Assembly: GCF_000002075.1 (NCBI RefSeq)
Contig: NW_004797325.1
Location: 1,444,618-1,508,617, forward strand
Length of the DNA: 64,000 nt
Origin: Aplysia californica
Taxonomy: Eukaryota
Reading direction: 5' to 3'
The first letter of the stretch is position 1, and every line of letters begins with the position of its first letter. Position numbers and translations under genes: made by a program. Positions 55,927 through 64,000 of this stretch are shown one piece after another. Under the pieces are notes generated by a model that saw nothing but the letters and a program-made list of their open reading frames with translations, was not told the origin of the DNA and ran no database searches.

Positions 55927-57609
55927 TTTTAAGCAGCTAATTTTGAATTTTGATTTTTCCTTCCTCGCTTGCTGATATAATAGATACATGATCTATGTTG
56001 GGTTTTTTCCTTGAAATAAATGTGATTTATATATCTGTTTAGTTAATAGGAATGTCTTGTTTATGAGCATGTAGAGTTTAAACAATATTTTGTATTCATT
56101 TACTACAACTACTAAATAATGGCGGTATCTCTCTGGATAAAGCAAAGATTATAAACCACTATTCCCTTTTTTCCCATACTCTCGAGCCAGTCAGCGAAAA
56201 GCTAGAGTGGTTCTCAGACGAGTGATACCAGCATCTGTGGTGTAGTGGTTATGTTATTTGCCATTGCATGCGAATGATGTGAGTTCGATTCCAATGAGGA
56301 AGCTTTTTTAACGTAATTAAATTTCAGTCTGTCTGCTTGACAAAGTTGAGATACTGTGTAAGACGATCTGATGGTGGACATTCTACTTACTGGGTATAAT
56401 ATAGTGGACTATATCTAAACTGAATATGATTAATCTGAAAACAGTTGTAAACTGAACGAATATAAAATCTTCGATTATTTTATTCTATTTTGAGTAACCA
56501 ACCTCTCTTAACTGAAAACCTGTCTAAAGTCAAGAAAATCTGGTAGTCCCGCTGATTTCGGTTTAAATGGACTCCACTGTATTGCCATTACTAAACCTAT
56601 CTTATCTTTTAGTGTAAAAGTTGAAATTAAGTGCATCTAGCTATTTTTTTAAAATCGTAGCTTTTGTTTTCAAAGCTTATAAATAACTTAGTTTTTATCC
56701 ATCAATATTTACCTTTTTATCGTATTCAGATAGGTCATACTAAATAGTTCTTGAAATAAAGACATAATTCTGCCCTGAACTATGAAATCAAAGGCAAGAA
56801 TATGCAAATGTGGCCTTGTATGCTGAGAAGAATATGTAGGCCCAACATATAATTTGATGACAATTGGAATTAGCGAAGTTGAATTTCAAAGTCAATCCTC
56901 CATCCACATGAAATTACATCATAAAGTTTTAAAGAGATGGTAGTGTAAGTGATTAAACTTGGACCTTTGAAAACTTAAAAATAAATAGAGAGAGAGAGAG
57001 ATGAAATATAGTCTCTACCTGTTTTCATCAAATAATATGGCCTACATGTATTGAGAGGTTTTCTGATTCATGTATTCCAAGGTCTTGATAATAACAGGGG
57101 TCTACTGTGTGGATGCTCTTTTATGTTTCCATTCTAGAAAGTCTTGTTTGCTTGGTTAAAGGGTTAAATTAGTTTATGTAAGAGGTTTGACCCTCGAGTT
57201 TAATGTCCATCTCCGAAAGGTCAGAGTCAAATAGGAAATTCAAATTCGACATAATATCGGACCAAGCTGAGGCTCGAACCCCAAACTCAAATTTTTCACA
57301 ATTACAGGTCCGGTAGTCTCACCACTAGGTCACTGATGCTACTTTTTTTTTCTTCTTGGAAATCATCTAAAATGAATAGACCTTATACTTATATAATAAA
57401 GATTTTGCTGGTAGCATTGTGAGCACATTTGTGTCTCTATGCCTATGGGATGGGGTCGGACATTCCTCAATTTTTGGGCATAAGGAGTTTTTGGTACCAT
57501 TTTATTGCTTTTTTGTTTTCTTGCTTTTAATACAAAAAAAAACAAAACAACAACACCCATATATATACATCTGGAATGGAAGTCAAGATACTTGCTTTTT
57601 GTTTTGTTT

Positions 57610-57990
57610 TTATAAACGCTCGCAACTGCATAAGGTCAAATGAGCGTGCGGGACACACCTAACGTTTTCAGTTGGTAGGAAATTTTGAATTTTGCCCGGG
57701 TGGCGGCCGAAGCCTACTCTTATCGATTTTAGACCACCAAGGGATCTTTAACTTGCCGCAACTTGCACACGGGCCCTCCGAGATTTTTCGCCCTTGTCCA
57801 AGAAGGCTAGGTGTAGATCTTTCCTACCCGAAGATCAGGGGTGTGGCTGAAAGACAGCAGTAAGAAGAAGTGAAGGCTGCAGAAAGAATCAGGAGCCCAG
57901 AGGAAGGGGCAAAGGAGGTGAGGGGGTGGGGGCAGAAAGAGGAGACGAAAGCAGACGACAGAACATGGCTAGAGAGCAGGAAATGAGGTA
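57610..57990 (-). mobile_element. SINE family S1 copy lacking its tRNA head
   Basis: Highly similar to 5245-5630 and to the reverse complement of 16630-17030. Confidence 0.85.
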
Positions 57991-58029
57991 TATATATATA
58001 TATATATGTATATTTGTATATATATATAG

Positions 58030-61000
58030 TGAGAGTGTAACGACCGACAGCACAAGTTACTCAAAACAGTAGGAGGACAAAGAAATAAAGATGTACCACC
58101 TTTTCAGAACACTTTTAGTTCTGGGTAGAGTTTAGCCTGGCAAAGAAGCCTATTGTTTAAAATGCTAGCACGTGTGGAAAAAAAACAAAAATGTTTTGGT
58201 TGTTACAACTAGGCATGAAAAAAAGGCTAATAAATTATAACCAATACTCAGATTGTAACGACCGACCGCACCAATTACTCAAAACTGTCGGAAGAAAAAG
58301 AAATAAAGAAACTTCCATTTTTTTAGAACATATTTTGTTTTGAACAAAGTTTGGCCGAGCAAAGATGCCTATAACTATAACATGCTAGCATAAAGACAAA
58401 TAGATTGTAACCAATACATGTAGTTAGAGTGTAATGACCGACCACACAAGTTACTCGAAACAGTTGAAAGACTAAGAAATAAAGATGCTTCTAGCTTTAC
58501 AAAACATATATCTAGGTTTGGAAAGAGTTAAGCTGTGTAAAAAAAATGCTATAAGATACAGTAGTCTCCACCTAAGATCCCACCGCTTACGATCCCAGTT
58601 CGCTTAAGATCCCGCTGTTTTAAGAAAACAGAATTTTTACTATACAAAAGTCACCCCTAAGATCCCGCTCTGATTCTCTTTCAAGGTCTACATTCGGCTA
58701 AGATCCCGCATTTCAGATCATAATTTGCGGAACAAAAACCCGGGCGGGCACAGCCGATCAAACAAGAGGGAAAAGTTGAGATCAATAAACTGTCAGTCGC
58801 GTCAAAGATCAGCCAATATTCGTGAATGTGATCACATACACGCTGTAAAACTGGATAAAGCGATACAATGTTTGCCCCCGGGGATAGAGTTTAACCGCAG
58901 AAAGAAGCTAAAAAAAGCTAGCACCTGTGGTAAAACAAAATAATGTGTTGGTTGTTACAACTAGGGATGCACAAGAACTGATAGATTATAAACAGTAGTA
59001 AAATGTAACGACCGACTGCACAAATTACTCAAAATAGTAGGAGGGCAGAGAAATAAAGATGCTTCCAGCTTTTTACATAGAGAACACATTTAGGTTCGGA
59101 TAGAGTTTACCCGGACAAAGAAGCCTAGGAAATGCTACGCCTTTGCTAAAAAAATGTTAGTTGCTACATCTAGGCATGCCTAAAAACTATTAGATCATAA
59201 CCAATACTGAGAGTGTAACGACGAACAGCACAAGTTACTTTAAACAGTAGGAGGACGAGAAAATAAAGATGCTTCCAGGTTTTTTAAATCAAATGTACGC
59301 TTGGGTAGAGTTTAGTCACGGAAAAAAGCATATAAAAAGCTAGTAGTAGGCCTACCTGGGATAAAACACAATCATGTCTAGGTTGTTACAACTAAGCGGG
59401 AGAAAAAAATAGATTATGCCCAATACTGAGAGTGTAACGACTGACCGCACATTTATACAAACAGCTGCAGGACAAAGAAGTAAAGATGCTTCTGGCTTTT
59501 CAGTACATATTTAGATTTGGACAGAATTTAGGCAGGCAAAGAAGCCTGAAAAATGTAGCTCCTGTGGTAAATCACGATAATGTGTTGGTTGTTGCAACTC
59601 GGAATGCGCAAAAACTGAGAGTGTAACGACCGACGGCACAAGTTACTAAAAACAGCAAAAGGATAAAGAAATAAAGAAGCGTCCAGCTTTTTAGATCAAT
59701 GTACTCTTGGATAGAGTTTAGTCGAGAAAATAAGCCTACTAAAAGCTAGCATATGTGGTAAAACACAATAATACGTAGGTTGTGACGTCTAGGCATTCAC
59801 AATATTAGTTTTAGTTTAGTAGAGGTTTTACGGAGCTCCCAACTGCATAAGGTGATATGAGCGCCAAGGGGTGGATGTCAACAGAGAAGTCCTTACAGGG
59901 AATCAGACTTACTCTGCTCACCTCTCTAGCCTTAACAGTCTGCTTCGACTATCAAGGCACCCCGGAAATAGCAGGTCACAAGAGTGTGACAAAAGAAACA
60001 GAGGAAAATGATGACAGTAGTAAAGATTAGGAAAGAAAAAGCAGCAGTTTCCTGCTGTAGTTCAGGCACAGTTATGAGCATGACATTGTTAGATCAGCCA
60101 ATTTACAATTCTACTGTGCATTAGATCTAGAAATGCCCCCCCCCCCTTTTCCCTTTTGGGAATGTTCTAAAGACTCTTCAGTCAGTGGCACCGCCCCGGG
60201 GGTGGGGTGGGGGTATTCACAACAATTAATATTAACCAATGAAAGTGTGACGACTGACAGCCCTAGTTACTCAATATGATAGGGGGAAAAAGAAATAGAG
60301 ATGCTTCGAGCTTTTCAGAATACGTTTTGAGTTAAGATAGAGTTTAATCGTGCACAGAAGCCTATAAAATGCTATGGCCTGTGATAAAACAAAATGATGT
60401 GTTGGTTGATACAACTAGGCATGAACAAAAAACGGATGGATCATAACTAATACTGAGAGTGTAACGATCGACCGTATAGGTTACTCCAAACTGTAGAAAG
60501 AATAAATATATATGCGTCTAGCTTTTTAAAACACATTTAGGTTTGGATAAAGTCAAGCCAGTCGTTGAAAGCCTATAAAATGCTAGTACTTGATGTAATA
60601 CAAAATAATGTGTCTGTTGTTACAGCTAGGCATGCACAAAACTAATAGATTTTAACCAATACTGAGAGTGTAACGAGCGACTACAGTGACTACTCAAAAC
60701 AGTAAGAGGACAAAGATATAAAGATGCTTCAAGCTTTTAAGGAAACGTTTAGGTTTGGATAGAATTTAGGCAGGTAAAGAGGCCTATAAAATGATAACCC
60801 CCGGAATGAATCACAATAATGTATTGTTTGTTACATTTAGGAATGCACAAAAACTAACAGATAATACAGAGTGTGTCACAAAGGATCGCATAAGTTACCC
60901 AAAACAGTAGGAGGACAAAGAGTTACCCAAAACAGTAGGAGGACAAAGAAATAAAGATGCTTCCAGCTATTTAGAACACATGTACGCATTGGTAAAGTTG

Positions 61001-62040
61001 AGTCATGCAAAAAAAAGCCTGTAAAACGCTAGTACCTGTCACAAACCACACTCATGTGTCTGTTGTTACAACATGGCATGCACAAAAAACGAATGTAGAT
61101 TATAACCAATAGTTAAAGTGTAACGACCGACCGGACAAGTTAGTCAAAACAGTAGGGGGACAAAGAAAATATGAAGATTCTTCCAACTTTTTTAGAACAT
61201 GTTTAGGTTTGGATAGAGTTAAGCCGTGCAAAAAAGTCTATAAAGTAGGCCTATTTGGTTGTTACAATTAGGCACGCTCAAAAACTGATATATATTATAA
61301 CCAATACTGAGATTGTAACAACTGGCCGCACAAATAGATAAAGACGCTTTTAGCTTTTAAAACACATGTACGCTTGGGTAGAGCTTAGTCGTGCAAAAAA
61401 GCCTCTGGAAAATCAGCACCTATGGTAAAACCAAATAATATGTTGGTTGTTACAACTAAGGCTACAAAAACAAATAGATTACAAACCAATATTGAGAGTG
61501 TAACGACCGACCGCACGAGACATTCAGAACAGCAGGAGGACAAAGAAATAACGATTCTTCCAGCTTTTCAGAACTTACATCTAGGTTTTGGATGGTAAAA
61601 ACCCCCATAAAATGCTAGCACCTGTGGTAAAACACAATAATGTGTTGGGTGTTACAACTAGGCATGCAGAAAAACAAATAGATTACAACCCATACTGGGA
61701 GAGTAACGACCGACCGCAAAAGTAACCCAAAAATAGTAGGAGGACAAAGAAATAAATATTCTTCCAGCTTTTTAGAACACCTAGATATACACTTGGATGG
61801 AGTTAAATTGTGCAAAGAAGCCTGTAAAAAGCTATCACCTATATATTGGTAAAACACAATGATGTGATGGGTGTTACAACTAGGCATGCACAAACGCTGA
61901 TAGATTATAACTAATAGTCGAGAGTGTATGGCTCGAAATAGTAGTAGTAGGACTCGAAAACTAAAAATGTCTCTAGCTTTTTGGAGCAGTTGTACGCTTA
62001 GATAGAGTTTAGTTATGCAATGAAACCTATAAAATTGCCT
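58030..62040. repeat. Satellite array, ~190-220 bp unit, ~16-17 diverged copies
   Basis: Unit gagagtgtaacgaccgaccgcacaagttactcaaaacagtaggaggacaaagaaataaagatgcttccagc...ggttgttacaactaggcatgcac...attataaccaatact. Interrupted at ~58558-58870 and ~59805-60220. Confidence 0.93.
59805..60200 (-). mobile_element. Retro-element (long hairpin-tail form) inserted in the satellite
   Basis: Reverse complement of 32708-33060 and 26275-26640. Confidence 0.8.
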
Positions 62041-62487
62041 ATTTGTGTTGCAAGTACTTTAAAACTATTACTAATCTAAAAAGTTGCTGACACCTGAAGA
62101 AAAGCTATGGTTATGTCATTCTTCAGAACTTTTGACCCTGCCTGTCAGGGCCAACCAAGGTTGAGAGGGATACAACATCCTAACAGAATGACCGAGATAC
62201 TTGATTAAAATGTCCCCCTACTCTGTAATCTTGAGTCTCCTGACAACTTGAGGTTGGGAGAATACAAATTAGATGAAAAAAGTTGGAGCCATGAAATTCA
62301 AACCCCTGCGTATAAAAGCAGTCTGTTATGTATCGATAGAGAAAGAAAAAGGCAAAACCGGGGAGCGGGGGTGTGACTTTTACTTTCAATTTTCCACAAT
62401 GACTCACTGACTTAATGTTTTGAAGAAAAAAAAGGAGTAATATGTATTGCAAATTTTTCAATAACTTGGTTCACGTACTTATCTTAC

Positions 62488-62628
62488 CTGGTCTCCGGTC
62501 CAGGGAGATAACACCATAGGTAAAGATTTGGGCTGGGCGTATCTATTATATATTGGGCAACTTGGAAACACATGTGTCCCTTTTCCCGTAAAACCACGAC
62601 AGCCACAGAGTTGAAAGGTGACAAGTAC
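62488..62628 (-). other. Candidate 141-nt exon of a minus-strand transcript (coding status unknown)
   Basis: Minus-strand acceptor atctttttgcag and donor CAG-gtaaga. Unique sequence, open in two frames, with no recognisable protein. Confidence 0.35.
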
Positions 62629-64000
62629 CTGCAAAAAGATAGATAGGTCCCCATGACGGAGCCTGATTTGTGATTCATTCGTTTCCTGAATTTAGAAAAA
62701 TATATTTGGTAAAAAGTTCCCGTCCTTCTTTGGCCTTTGTGATTATTCTACTGAGAAACAAAAACAATACCTGTATGCGCAGCTCCCCTTCACAACGGAA
62801 GTTCATTACCGCTCTTTAACGTTCGCCTGAGAAACACGATTCAAGAAACGGGGTGAGTAATTGTCGAGACTCGCCTGTTTTACGTGGAGACGTGATCCTA
62901 TGTATGCATCCAAAGAGCTGTTTTTAACCCATTAGTGCATGAGGTCTCAAATTTTGTTCTTACTTTAACATAAGTTTCTTTTCAGGTTGTAATGAAAGGT
63001 TCCGCAGGTTGTTTTTTTCTTCAAAATTAGTTTTTTTGCTATTAGTATTAGTGACCGATTTAAATTTTGCCATGATAATTGGGCGCTACGCATGAATGGG
63101 TATGTGAACATTTTAACACACAAAGTGGACAGAAAAATGTAAACAGTAACAATATTTGACATTTTAATGACTTTTAATAGTTCCAAATATCAAATATAAT
63201 TAGGTGGTGTTACAAAATGAATATAAAATACGTTTTAGAACCGGAAAAACGAAAAATTCTGACATTTACTGGCCATGGTGCGGTCGAAAGCATTTCTCAT
63301 TCAAAAGGCAGGAGGGGCATGTGTCACCTGCTTTCTCGGTGTTGCCCTTAGACAATCTGCGTTTTTTTCTGAGTTGGTAGAAACATCAAGAAATACTTTC
63401 CTGCATCTCTTTTTTTCTGACTTCAGATCCAACCATTCTTTCCATTCTGCCTGGAATAGGTTGCATACGGACGGCTTTCTTGTGCCTGATTATTTAACCT
63501 ACGCCTGGGTCATAATTTGTTTTTAAAATCCTAGACAGTCCAGTGGGTTGACTACGCAGCTTAGGATTGTCTTTTTTTTTTTTCTTTTTTTTTTTGTATT
63601 TATATTTTGTTTATTTAATAGTAGTTGTTTTGGTTGTACTATAGGCACAGTTTAGATCATTTAGGAGGCGGGCTTCATCCTGCCTGTGACGACCAACCTA
63701 GGCTGAGCGACACACAACGTCTCAGCATAAACACCCTGTTACTCTTTAAAAATTCCCCCAACACGGAAATCAAGCTCACACTCTTTTGTGTGCGACATCA
63801 AAACACCTCTACACCACAGCCGCCTGTGTTGGTCGTCTGTACAGGATCCACGCATTGTGAGTTGATATTGTTATCAAGCTGTGGATGAAAAATGGCCACC
63901 ACCACTTTTTCGTGTGGATGTTGATCCTGTAATTGTCAGTGTTCTGGTCCATACAATCAGTTCCTCCAATCGATTTGTCACCATCAAGAAATAATTTAAA

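Noticed and set aside
58030-62040. CRISPR-like array of conserved blocks separated by variable sequence
   Set aside because: The intervening sequences are homologous between units rather than unique spacers, there are no cas genes, and the context is eukaryotic. It is a satellite.

Overview
This is AT-rich, repeat-dense animal genomic DNA from an invertebrate (a mollusc or other lophotrochozoan is my inference), with two 100-N gaps. The dominant feature is almost invisible in the ORF track: one intact, highly divergent STAT-family transcription factor gene on the + strand. I assembled it by hand as 20 coding exons from ATG 4816 to TGA 51178. All introns are GT-AG and phase-compatible; the CDS is 3546 nt (1181 aa). 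It has the N-domain, coiled-coil, DNA-binding domain (DBD), linker, SH2 and tyrosine segment. It also has unusual DNA-contact and phosphotyrosine-pocket residues, a YYYDY cluster, a classical NLS, a phospho-SUMO motif and a ~425-aa C-terminal tail. Introns and flanks hold nested transposons: an internally deleted Tc1/mariner, L2/CR1-, RTE- and Rex1/Babar-type LINE fragments, tRNA-derived SINEs, and MITEs with TA, TTAA or 9-bp target-site duplications (TSDs). There are several minisatellites, two local duplications of STAT splice sites, and a ~4-kb array of ~210-bp satellite units downstream. A possible divergent promoter lies near 62.8 kb. I found no CRISPR array, rRNA or genuine tRNA. Family assignments come from remembered motifs, not searches.
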